IMG/VR virus record: IMGVR_UViG_3300048854_000081
Location: 256,001 to 320,000 of that record
Length of the DNA: 64,000 bases
Source: a virus
Lineage: Duplodnaviria; Caudoviricetes
Direction: 5' to 3' (one strand)
Position numbers and translations under genes: made by a program. Each line of letters opens with the position of its first letter. The stretch's first letter is position 1. The notes under the pieces are model-generated. The model saw only the letters and a program-made list of their open reading frames with translations, was not told where the DNA came from and made no database searches. This document shows, piece by piece, positions 19,075 to 27,128 of the stretch.

Positions 19075-19107
19075 TATTTATCTATATGAAAGACCTAAAG
19101 ATAAATA
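19075..19107. promoter_or_regulatory. back-to-back late promoters
   Basis: GATAAATA on the minus strand (19075-19082) and the plus strand (19100-19107) between divergent genes. Confidence 0.55.
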
Positions 19108-19133
19108 TAGATTATAATGTTTTGGAATATTTC

Positions 19134-19925
19134 ATGAGTATCAGAATAGTCAACAAAAATAGTGGTAGAACCATTATTATCAAGAATCAGGACGATATGA
19201 ATAACTTGGATACTAGTGTATCCTCGGTAAACGATAACGACCGTGAATTTACGTTGACCGCCAAAGACACTGACTTTGACAGCGCATACCAGAATGATAC
19301 CAACCTTGGTAACCTACCGGGTAATGTTTTCTCCGACTTGAAGAACAGAAGAGCCTATAAGCGTAATAACGTAAATAGTGACATGTTCGACTTTGACTCA
19401 TTTCAGGACGATGATGCAAACCATTACATTGCTGTCAGCCAGTATCCCCTATCCGATGAAATAAAGAGCGGTGAAGACCCAACTAACGTCGATGCTCCAA
19501 TCATGAAGTTTAAGGATTTGGATGATCAGGTTCCTAATACAATTGCACCTGAAGATTCCGAATTTTCATTAGATGATTATGATGGTCAAGGTAATGATGA
19601 AGACGATCAGGGTCAAAGCGATGCCAATCCATTTGCTTCTGAAGAGGATGGTGAGGGAGAACCTTCAGAATTCGAAGGTTTGATTCGTACTGTACGTGGT
19701 GCATGTCTTGTTTATAAGAGAAAGAGTCAGGATGGCACGTATGAAGAGCTATGGATTTACAATGTCGGTGACGATCTAAAGAAAGAAACTGCTATTCGTA
19801 AGTCAATCCTTTCTGGTACTGACATCGATCCAAATACACAGATGTCCGATGATGGTCAGCAGAGAGCTAAGACAATTAGCATGGGTAACATCCAATATTT
19901 GCAAATTTCAGGTATGGTCCAGTAA
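19134..19925 (+). CDS. acidic hypothetical late protein
   Basis: Asp/Glu-rich middle, globular C-terminus; start taken at ATG 19134. Confidence 0.65.
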   Translation: MSIRIVNKNSGRTIIIKNQDDMNNLDTSVSSVNDNDREFTLTAKDTDFDSAYQNDTNLGNLPGNVFSDLKNRRAYKRNNVNSDMFDFDSFQDDDANHYIAVSQYPLSDEIKSGEDPTNVDAPIMKFKDLDDQVPNTIAPEDSEFSLDDYDGQGNDEDDQGQSDANPFASEEDGEGEPSEFEGLIRTVRGACLVYKRKSQDGTYEELWIYNVGDDLKKETAIRKSILSGTDIDPNTQMSDDGQQRAKTISMGNIQYLQISGMVQ

Positions 19926-19927
19926 AC

Positions 19928-19956
19928 TTGACGATCCGGTTACCGGGTGATATAAT
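19928..19956 (+). promoter_or_regulatory. sigma70-type promoter
   Basis: TTGACG-N17-TATAAT. Confidence 0.7.
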
Positions 19957-19975
19957 TTAAAAAATTGGATAAATT

Positions 19976-20293
19976 ATGTCACTCGATGCAACTACGCAAG
20001 CTCTGGCCCAACAGTTTCAGGACTTTTCCTTGAAGGCTGTTGAATATAAGAATAAGATTGACGAAGCTAAGACTGCTCTCAAGAAGAAGTATTACGAGGA
20101 CAAGTTAGCTAAGATTAATAAGAAAGTGTACAATATTTTGGCTCAGATGAACATGGCGACTGCCGTGAAGAAAGCTTCCAAGAAAGAGCCCAAGTGGGTA
20201 ATGGCTGACTCTCCGGGTAAAACTAATCTGGAACACGTGACTTCTGGTTACATGCAGGTTGGTGATGAGGTTAAGACTGATGAGCAGGTATGA
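19976..20293 (+). CDS. hypothetical coiled-coil protein
   Basis: 105-aa ORF following the promoter. Confidence 0.65.
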   Translation: MSLDATTQALAQQFQDFSLKAVEYKNKIDEAKTALKKKYYEDKLAKINKKVYNILAQMNMATAVKKASKKEPKWVMADSPGKTNLEHVTSGYMQVGDEVKTDEQV

Positions 20294-20858
20294 TAAATTC
20301 CTGCTGGTTCACTGTCACACGACCGGCATTAACTTCGATAGTGAAGATATCACCCTAAACAAGCAACCCTTATCTGTCGCCTTAGGTGTAGTGGATAACG
20401 AAACGTTGAAGATGATTTCTTCCGTTAATGTACGTATTGCCTTTGATAAGGCAAAGTACACATGGGATGACAAGCTATCTAGCATCCATGGCATTACCCG
20501 TGAAGATCGTGATGAAGGTGAATCCTTTGCCGATGCTGCTGCTATCTTAGGTGAATTCATCTATGAGAACTTTGGAGCTAAGGATACCATTACGGTTATG
20601 GGTTATAATCCTCTTACCTTCCACGTTCCCTTCCTAAATAAAATCCTTCTCACTGAAGAATTGGCATTCAAGTTTGATAGAAGAGATATCGACCTGTTCC
20701 CTATCATGGCTCTTCTCGGTAAGTATTCTGCCAAGGAAGTTTTTGAAACATTCGATGTCGATACTAGTGAACCTTTGTCCTCCCTTGAGAACATTAAGAC
20801 CTATCTTAAGATATATAAGACTATAAGAAGTATAGTTAAGGAACAGATAGATGGATAA
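20280..20858 (+). CDS. DEDDh 3'-5' exonuclease (DnaQ)-fold protein with degenerate active site
   Basis: VHCHTTG, IHGIT, GYNPLTFHVPFL and DID align with DxETTG, HGIT, GHN..FD..FL and IDT. Confidence 0.7.
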   Translation: MSRYDKFLLVHCHTTGINFDSEDITLNKQPLSVALGVVDNETLKMISSVNVRIAFDKAKYTWDDKLSSIHGITREDRDEGESFADAAAILGEFIYENFGAKDTITVMGYNPLTFHVPFLNKILLTEELAFKFDRRDIDLFPIMALLGKYSAKEVFETFDVDTSEPLSSLENIKTYLKIYKTIRSIVKEQIDG

Positions 20859-21201
20859 AGATGAGATTGTAACTAAGTTTGATAAAGTAAAAGACAAACT
20901 TAAGAAAATCATCGAAGAGATTGTGCAGATTAAGAAGGATTTTTCTGCACATATCAATGGCATTAAAGCTGAGGCCAAGCGCCTTAAGGGTGAGGTTAAT
21001 ATCCTTAAGGAAGAAAACGTTAAGCTGAAAAAGCAGAATGAGATTATCAATCGAGATAATCAAATGTTTGCAAAAACCTATGGCAAACTGAATGCTGATT
21101 TGAATGATTTGAGAAACCATAAGATAAATAGTGAGGAAAGGCTCCGTCGTATCGAAAGGTCGGTTGACGGATTGGAATCCAAACTTAAAATCAGATCATA
21201 A
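20851..21201 (+). CDS. coiled-coil hypothetical protein
   Basis: Heptad-rich 116 aa. Confidence 0.65.
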   Translation: MDKDEIVTKFDKVKDKLKKIIEEIVQIKKDFSAHINGIKAEAKRLKGEVNILKEENVKLKKQNEIINRDNQMFAKTYGKLNADLNDLRNHKINSEERLRRIERSVDGLESKLKIRS

Positions 21202-21620
21202 TGGCCGCACAAATAGCTGAATCAACCCTAGGTAGTCTAGCGACTCCAATCATTTCTAAGGTTATTACCTACATTCTACTAGCTCTGCTTGTAGTCTCTG
21301 TAGGTTTTAACGTGTATTACTATTTTCATAGTAAGAGTTTGACCACTGATCTTACAGCTAGTACCACTCAAGTAGGTGCCCTGAAGCAACAGGTAGCTGA
21401 TAGAGACGCAACCATTGCTGATCAGAATAAGCAAATTATCACTGCTGCTGATAAGTCTAAAGACTTCCAGAAACAAATGGACGATCTTGGTAAGACTATC
21501 GACCAGCAAAATAAGGATAATCAATCACTTATTGATAAGTTGAAGGCTCAGCCTGCACCTAAAACATGTGATGCATCCACAAAGTATATGCAAGACAATT
21601 TGGACCTATACAAATGGTAA
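21201..21620 (+). CDS. i-spanin (Rz-like)
   Basis: Single N-terminal TM, coiled coil, C-terminal Cys; overlaps a lipoprotein gene. Confidence 0.7.
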   Translation: MAAQIAESTLGSLATPIISKVITYILLALLVVSVGFNVYYYFHSKSLTTDLTASTTQVGALKQQVADRDATIADQNKQIITAADKSKDFQKQMDDLGKTIDQQNKDNQSLIDKLKAQPAPKTCDASTKYMQDNLDLYKW

Positions 21621-21994
21621 AGTATTTTCTAATGGCCTTGAGCCTATCCCTATTGGTTGGTTGTGCTTCTCAAACTCCATCTGTTATCTATAAAGATAAG
21701 GATGTTCCAGTTTATGTCGTTCCTGACTCCGTAAAGATTGAACGCCCAACATTGGCTATCGAAACTCTAACAGATGCACAGAAGAAGGATCAGGGTGAAT
21801 TGACCCAAGCTTATGCTATCTCTCTTAAGCAGGTAATGCAGTATGCATGCAAGCTTGAGAATGTAGTTAACAAGTATCACGAGCTTGCTGCTAAGTCACC
21901 ACTTCCAGTGCTACCAGCCTCCATTGTTACTGCCCCAACTATATTCTCTAACACATTGAATATGGATGTATCCAAGGATTGCACTGCACCATGA
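21614..21994 (+). CDS. o-spanin (Rz1-like lipoprotein)
   Basis: Lipobox LLVGC, Pro-rich mature region. Confidence 0.7.
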   Translation: MVKYFLMALSLSLLVGCASQTPSVIYKDKDVPVYVVPDSVKIERPTLAIETLTDAQKKDQGELTQAYAISLKQVMQYACKLENVVNKYHELAAKSPLPVLPASIVTAPTIFSNTLNMDVSKDCTAP

Positions 21995-22320
21995 AGTTAT
22001 CCGATATTCTGATAGAACAGAAGAAAGAAAAAGAAGAAAAGAAGAAACTTAAGTTTGTTGAAACTGATCCACAAGAACCGTTTCCAAATGATACTATTAC
22101 TTATCTTCAGAAGGAAATTGGTAAGCTAGCTAGAGACTTGACCATTGATTGGAAGAGTCCTATTGAGCTTACCAATGCTGCTTTCTACAATCTTGAAGTC
22201 CCGATTCCTAAGGCTAACCTGAAGGCACGTTGGGAGCAATACAGTAAGCTATTCGGCTATGCCATCAAAAACCTATTTGATTCTCGTGGTTTTGGTGGAG
22301 ATTGGTCTAATAGTAGATAA
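21991..22320 (+). CDS. hypothetical protein, possible head-internal protein
   Basis: Starts MKLSDILIE. Confidence 0.6.
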   Translation: MKLSDILIEQKKEKEEKKKLKFVETDPQEPFPNDTITYLQKEIGKLARDLTIDWKSPIELTNAAFYNLEVPIPKANLKARWEQYSKLFGYAIKNLFDSRGFGGDWSNSR

Positions 22321-22345
22321 ATATAAAATATATTGGGAACAAGTC

Positions 22346-23017
22346 ATGGATTTAAATCGTTTACGTAAATTGGCTGGTCTTGATGAAGTTTTGATTGAAA
22401 ATGAACTTCCGCAGATCGATGAAGCCGAGAAAATCAAGAAAGGTGCCTTCCATAAATGGTTGGGCAAACCTGAAGATGAAAAAATTACTCAAGCCGACAT
22501 TGACCGTGGTTTGAAGTCTGATGATGAGCACGTTAGAAAGATGGCACAGTTTGCCGCTAACGTAACCGAATCTGAAAAGCCACATGACTCTGAATTCCCA
22601 GTAGTTAAGGTAATGGACGAATTCGAACCAGACAATAAGCTAAATCTTGTTAACGTTGAATTCAACGATGACAAGTGTGCTGTTAACACTGTTATGACTG
22701 GCCGTGACGTTGAAGAAGATACTTCTGTCAAAGTCCCTGCTAATGTCAAGAAACATGTGGATAAGCGCATTGCTGAATTGAAGCATGCTATTGAAAAGTA
22801 TGATGAAAAGGGCTACGACGACAAGAGTGTAAAGTCTACTGCTCTAGACGTTCTTGAAAAGATGAAGGAACATCTAAACGCTGGTAATAGAGAAGAGTTC
22901 AGAATGGCTCAGGTTCTTTACGGAACTTTGATGAGCCCAATCCTTGATATGCTTCCAAGTCAGTTAATCAACTTCCTTCACACCGGTAAGGAAAAGGTCG
23001 TACATAAGCCGTCATGA
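22346..23017 (+). CDS. hypothetical late protein
   Basis: MDLNRLRKLAGL N-terminus; GATAAATA at 22316-22323. Confidence 0.65.
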   Translation: MDLNRLRKLAGLDEVLIENELPQIDEAEKIKKGAFHKWLGKPEDEKITQADIDRGLKSDDEHVRKMAQFAANVTESEKPHDSEFPVVKVMDEFEPDNKLNLVNVEFNDDKCAVNTVMTGRDVEEDTSVKVPANVKKHVDKRIAELKHAIEKYDEKGYDDKSVKSTALDVLEKMKEHLNAGNREEFRMAQVLYGTLMSPILDMLPSQLINFLHTGKEKVVHKPS

Positions 23018-23712
23018 TCACAGCCTCGACCATTAAGCGTCTCATAGCGCAAATGTCCGATCCGAACGACACAGACAAAGACCTAACGCACGCGTTAGGT
23101 CTTTCTGCATTGGTGTACTTTTCGAACGACTTTATTATTAAAACTCTAGAGAAGGTTGGTTTGCCATACAAGATTCTAGAGTACGATGACATGAAATGTC
23201 TCATCGCGGAGAATGACACGAGTGTGTTCATTTCTTTCAGAGGTACGAACTTTTCCAAGTGGTCTAACTGGAAGCGTATCCTCAACATCTTTCCAAGAAA
23301 CTTCATGTATGGTTTGAAGGTTCATGGTGGTTTTGAACTATATTGGAAGAAATATTTCAATTACGTTGATGAATACATCAAGTCGATCAAGCGTGACAAG
23401 AAAATTGTATTCACTGGTCATAGCTTAGGTGCAGCCATCGCCTCACTTTATAACATTAGTTATACTAAGACTTCTTATTGTAAGGTTTTTGCCTGTCCGA
23501 AATATCTTTACAATACATCATTCAAATCGTTAAATTCTGATTCTTACAGAATTCGAAAAGATATCGTAACATGGATTCCATTTACCTTACCTTTATTTAC
23601 ATGGTCACGTTCTGTAACAACTAAAGCGGTATTATCCTACCGTAATTATTGGAACATCATTGGCTATCATAGCTTGGAAAACTACATCAAGTCAATTCTT
23701 AAAACCAATTGA
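23014..23712 (+). CDS. class 3 lipase (alpha/beta hydrolase)
   Basis: ISFRGT, VHGGF, TGHSLG nucleophile elbow, DIVT, terminal H (YHSLENY). Confidence 0.85.
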   Translation: MITASTIKRLIAQMSDPNDTDKDLTHALGLSALVYFSNDFIIKTLEKVGLPYKILEYDDMKCLIAENDTSVFISFRGTNFSKWSNWKRILNIFPRNFMYGLKVHGGFELYWKKYFNYVDEYIKSIKRDKKIVFTGHSLGAAIASLYNISYTKTSYCKVFACPKYLYNTSFKSLNSDSYRIRKDIVTWIPFTLPLFTWSRSVTTKAVLSYRNYWNIIGYHSLENYIKSILKTN

Positions 23713-23769
23713 TAGTCACTCTCATCTGCTATATACTTTATACATCATATAGCAGTTGAGGTGATGACA

Positions 23770-23970
23770 ATGTACATTTGTCTTTGTAACGGCGTCACAG
23801 ATGTAATGATCTTGTGCGAAATTACTAAAGGAAACAATACCTTGGAAGGTATTACTGAAGCGTTGAACGTAGCAAACATATGTGGCTCCTGTCAAGACGA
23901 AGTTCAAGAACTCCTTGATAAGCATGGAAAGCCCAAACATCCATTTCTAAACATAGTCAAAATTGACTAA
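23770..23970 (+). CDS. Bfd-like [2Fe-2S] ferredoxin
   Basis: MYICLCNGVTD...ICGSC. Confidence 0.8.
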   Translation: MYICLCNGVTDVMILCEITKGNNTLEGITEALNVANICGSCQDEVQELLDKHGKPKHPFLNIVKID

Positions 23971-23991
23971 TTCCCTTTAAACCGGTATCAT
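23963..23991 (+). promoter_or_regulatory. sigma70-type promoter
   Basis: TTGACT-N17-TATCAT. Confidence 0.6.
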
Positions 23992-24015
23992 CACTTCTTC
24001 AATGAAGGATGATCC

Positions 24016-24576
24016 ATGGGTACTGTCAATCATAAAGCCATACTAAATGCCAAGAACATCACCGTAAAGAATGGCTTTGCCTTCTTTTGGGGAAGCCCGT
24101 TCTCCCAGTGGTATAAGTCACCATTTACCATGGCTGGCGCTACCTTTGAGACTGCCGAGCATTACATGATGTACGGCAAGGCCACGATCTTCGGTGACGC
24201 TAAGATTGCCAAGGACATCCTCAGGACTAAAGACCCCAAGAAGGTCAAAGCATTGGGTAAGCAAGTCGGTGGGTTCCTTGAGAACACGTGGAACCTACAC
24301 AAGTACAATGTTGTGTACTCAGGTAACATTGAAAAATTTAAACAGAATAAAGAGTTGGCCTATTTGCTAATTTTGTCTGGTGATTTAGAGCTTGTTGAAG
24401 CCAGTCCCTACGACAAGATTTGGGGTATTGGTATGGGTGTAGATAATCCTAACATTACCGACAAGAGTAAGTGGCAAGGCGAAAATTTACTTGGTAAGGT
24501 ACTGATGGATGTTCGCAAGTACCTTATTGAACATTGGGATGGTGGAGTATCAGATTATGGATTCAGTAAAGACTAA
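24016..24576 (+). CDS. NADAR/YbiA family N-glycosidase
   Basis: FSQWY, TAEHYMM, KFKQN, LVEASPYDKIWGIG and GENLLGKVLM motifs. Confidence 0.92.
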   Translation: MGTVNHKAILNAKNITVKNGFAFFWGSPFSQWYKSPFTMAGATFETAEHYMMYGKATIFGDAKIAKDILRTKDPKKVKALGKQVGGFLENTWNLHKYNVVYSGNIEKFKQNKELAYLLILSGDLELVEASPYDKIWGIGMGVDNPNITDKSKWQGENLLGKVLMDVRKYLIEHWDGGVSDYGFSKD

Positions 24577-25114
24577 ACTTATGAAAGCCCAAATCTTGGC
24601 TCAGTCCAAGTTTATACCGACTAAGAAATATGACGGTAGGGTAATTCTCTTTCTGGATTTTGATGGTGTACTTCACGCGTTCAAGGCTGGCTTTATTGAG
24701 GAAGACCTTTGGTTACAGAATCATTTCCTTGAGTCCATTCTAAAAGAATTGGATAACGTGGATGTGGTGGTCTCTTCCATGTGGGCTAAGAAGCGGACAC
24801 TGGCTGAATTGAAAGCATACTTCTCTGAAGATGTTCGCCATCGGTTCGTAGGGCATGTCACTCGACACACCGAAGAGCGTTACAATGACGTGAGAGGTTA
24901 CCTTGCTTCGCGTGGTCAGTCTGATGCGGTATGGATCGCTGTAGATGATCTTGCCACCTTCCATGTCAATGATCCTGTTGTTCGCACCGATCACCTTATT
25001 GGTCTCACCAAAGAGACTGCACAAACATTACGTAATGCTCTTATTTCACCATTAGAATATTACACATTCGTCGGTTTCGATCCAAAAATATCAATCGAAT
25101 CGATCCAAGCCTAA
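24557..25114 (+). CDS. HAD-family phosphatase (Swiss-Army-knife RNA-repair type)
   Basis: FLDFDGVL, VVSSMW, WIAVDD. Confidence 0.75.
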   Translation: MDSVKTKLMKAQILAQSKFIPTKKYDGRVILFLDFDGVLHAFKAGFIEEDLWLQNHFLESILKELDNVDVVVSSMWAKKRTLAELKAYFSEDVRHRFVGHVTRHTEERYNDVRGYLASRGQSDAVWIAVDDLATFHVNDPVVRTDHLIGLTKETAQTLRNALISPLEYYTFVGFDPKISIESIQA

Positions 25115-25137
25115 ATAGAAGTGTCAGGTTTATCAAC

Positions 25138-25194
25138 TTGACACACAATTGAAACCAGCTACAATTAGCGCACACTATCACATAGGAGTTATGG
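25138..25194 (+). promoter_or_regulatory. sigma70-type promoter plus conserved leader CACATAGGAGTTATGG
   Basis: TTGACA-N16-TACAAT; the 16-mer is repeated exactly at 27113-27128. Confidence 0.65.
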
Positions 25195-26393
25195 ATATGA
25201 GCAAGAAAAATGATACATCACTGGCAATCACGTCAGACAGTTCCCTTACCATTAGCGGTAATGTAAATATTACTGTTAATAAAAAGTATACACACGGTGT
25301 GTACATCGGAAGGTTTCAGCCCTTCCACCTCGGCCACCTCCACCTCGTGGAGCATGCGCTCAATCTAGCTGAGAAGCTTATTATTGTTGTCGGCTCACAC
25401 AACAAACCCCGCGACTGGAAGAACCCTTGGACATCGGCTGAACGCATTGACATGATCAAGGCGTCGTTGACTGATGAACAGCGCGAACGTGTCTACTTCC
25501 AGACCGTTGAAGATCGTCTTTATACTAATAAAGAATGGCAGGCTTCGATCTATGAAGCCGTCGATGCCGTGCTCCTTCAGTATTCTAAGTATAGAATTAA
25601 GAGCAACGCTGAAGGTGGCACCGCAAAGATTTGTCTTGTAGGTTTTAATAAGGATGATTCTAGCTCGTATCAGAAGTGGTTCCCTGAGTTTGCACTTGAG
25701 GAAGCACCCATGTACAATATGGAAGAAGGCGATGACGTGTTGAGCGCTACCATGCTCCGTGAAATGGTTTACGAAAACCATGTCGGATCAATGCGTTCCC
25801 ACGTTCCCGCTGGTGCCTTTGCTTTTATTAAGGAATGGCTGAAGACCGAAAATGCCCAGTATGTGAAGGACTGGTATGTGCATGAGGGTGAGTATCAGAA
25901 ACCTTATGAAACTCTTCCATACGGTACCAACTTTTACACGGCAGATTCAGTAGTCTTTCAGGGTAACCATGTCCTGATGGGTAAGCGTAAGTTTCATCCG
26001 GGTAAGGGTCTATGGGCACTTCCGGGTGGTCACGTCAACAAGAATGAACTTGCACTGGAAGCCTCTGTTCGCGAACTTTACGAAGAGACCAAGCTTAAGG
26101 TTCCTGAAAAGGTTCTGCTGGGTAGCTTCATCGGTGAAAAGCTTTTTGATCATCCAGACCGTTCGCTCCGTGGACGTTTGGGTAAGAAGGTCGGTCGCAC
26201 TGTATCGATTTCACATTGCTTCGAACTGAGTGATGAAGCGGGCATTCCACGCACTACACCGGCTGACGATCTTGAGGAAACGTGGTTCTTCACGATTTCT
26301 GAAATCCGTGCCATGCGTAACGAAATTTTCGAAGACCATGCTGACCAGATCGAATACTGGATTCCGCGCCTTAATGATAAGAAATACCGCTGA
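25191..26393 (+). CDS. nadM: bifunctional NMN adenylyltransferase / ADP-ribose Nudix hydrolase (NadM-Nudix)
   Basis: GRFQPFHLGH, LSATMLR, Nudix box GGHV...RELYEET, FEDH. Confidence 0.93.
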   Translation: MDMSKKNDTSLAITSDSSLTISGNVNITVNKKYTHGVYIGRFQPFHLGHLHLVEHALNLAEKLIIVVGSHNKPRDWKNPWTSAERIDMIKASLTDEQRERVYFQTVEDRLYTNKEWQASIYEAVDAVLLQYSKYRIKSNAEGGTAKICLVGFNKDDSSSYQKWFPEFALEEAPMYNMEEGDDVLSATMLREMVYENHVGSMRSHVPAGAFAFIKEWLKTENAQYVKDWYVHEGEYQKPYETLPYGTNFYTADSVVFQGNHVLMGKRKFHPGKGLWALPGGHVNKNELALEASVRELYEETKLKVPEKVLLGSFIGEKLFDHPDRSLRGRLGKKVGRTVSISHCFELSDEAGIPRTTPADDLEETWFFTISEIRAMRNEIFEDHADQIEYWIPRLNDKKYR

Positions 26394-26403
26394 GGAAGTA
26401 CTA

Positions 26404-26649
26404 ATGAAGTCCAATCTGTCTCCACAGGACACCCTCCGCATTGTCGGAAAAGCCTTAGAGTCATTCATGCGAGACATTAGTCCGAATGGCTTCGTTGTAA
26501 AGGATACAGAGAGTAAAAAGGATTATATAGTTCTAATTAACCCCATGGGTGAAATGATCATTGATGAAGCCATTGAGATTCCGGACGAAGATGACTGCAC
26601 AATTAAAGAAGTCTTCTGCCTGAGTCCAATGTGCTCCACGGTACACTAA
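26404..26649 (+). CDS. hypothetical protein
   Basis: GAGG RBS then ATG 26404; 81 aa. Confidence 0.6.
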   Translation: MKSNLSPQDTLRIVGKALESFMRDISPNGFVVKDTESKKDYIVLINPMGEMIIDEAIEIPDEDDCTIKEVFCLSPMCSTVH

Positions 26650-26650
26650 T

Positions 26651-27061
26651 ATGTTTCATATAGATTATAAACTTGACAAGGATAGCCATAATGGAATTGG
26701 ACTTTTTGTAACTCAAAATGTCCTTGAAGGTGACATCGTAGTTGACTATGATGAAGAATGGGTAAGAGTCATTTACCTTGAAACGCTTGAACAGATGTCG
26801 TCTATAACCAGAAAGAGCATTTTGAAACATGCTTATGATGGTGCAGCCCATGCTAAGTATGGTCTACCGGAAGGTTACATATACTTTGATCTTGACGATT
26901 GTAGGTTTCTGAATCATTCGGATAATCCATCGATTGCTTTTGATTATGAAGATGAGAAGTATAAGGCCACAAGAGATTTGATCATCGGCGATGAACTAAC
27001 GATGGATTATCGAGAGTTCTGCACAGTAGGAAAGTATTGCGCGGACTTTCTTTCGGATTGA
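26651..27061 (+). CDS. SET-domain protein (putative lysine methyltransferase)
   Basis: GIGLF, RFLNHSDNP and ATRDL..GDELTMDY signature motifs. Confidence 0.88.
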   Translation: MFHIDYKLDKDSHNGIGLFVTQNVLEGDIVVDYDEEWVRVIYLETLEQMSSITRKSILKHAYDGAAHAKYGLPEGYIYFDLDDCRFLNHSDNPSIAFDYEDEKYKATRDLIIGDELTMDYREFCTVGKYCADFLSD

Positions 27062-27128
27062 CAAAACAGATTTAACACGTATAATACAAAACTTAATCAA
27101 CAAATTGACTGACACATAGGAGTTATGG
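27058..27128 (+). promoter_or_regulatory. sigma70-type promoter plus conserved leader
   Basis: TTGACA-N16-TATAAT; CACATAGGAGTTATGG. Confidence 0.65.
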
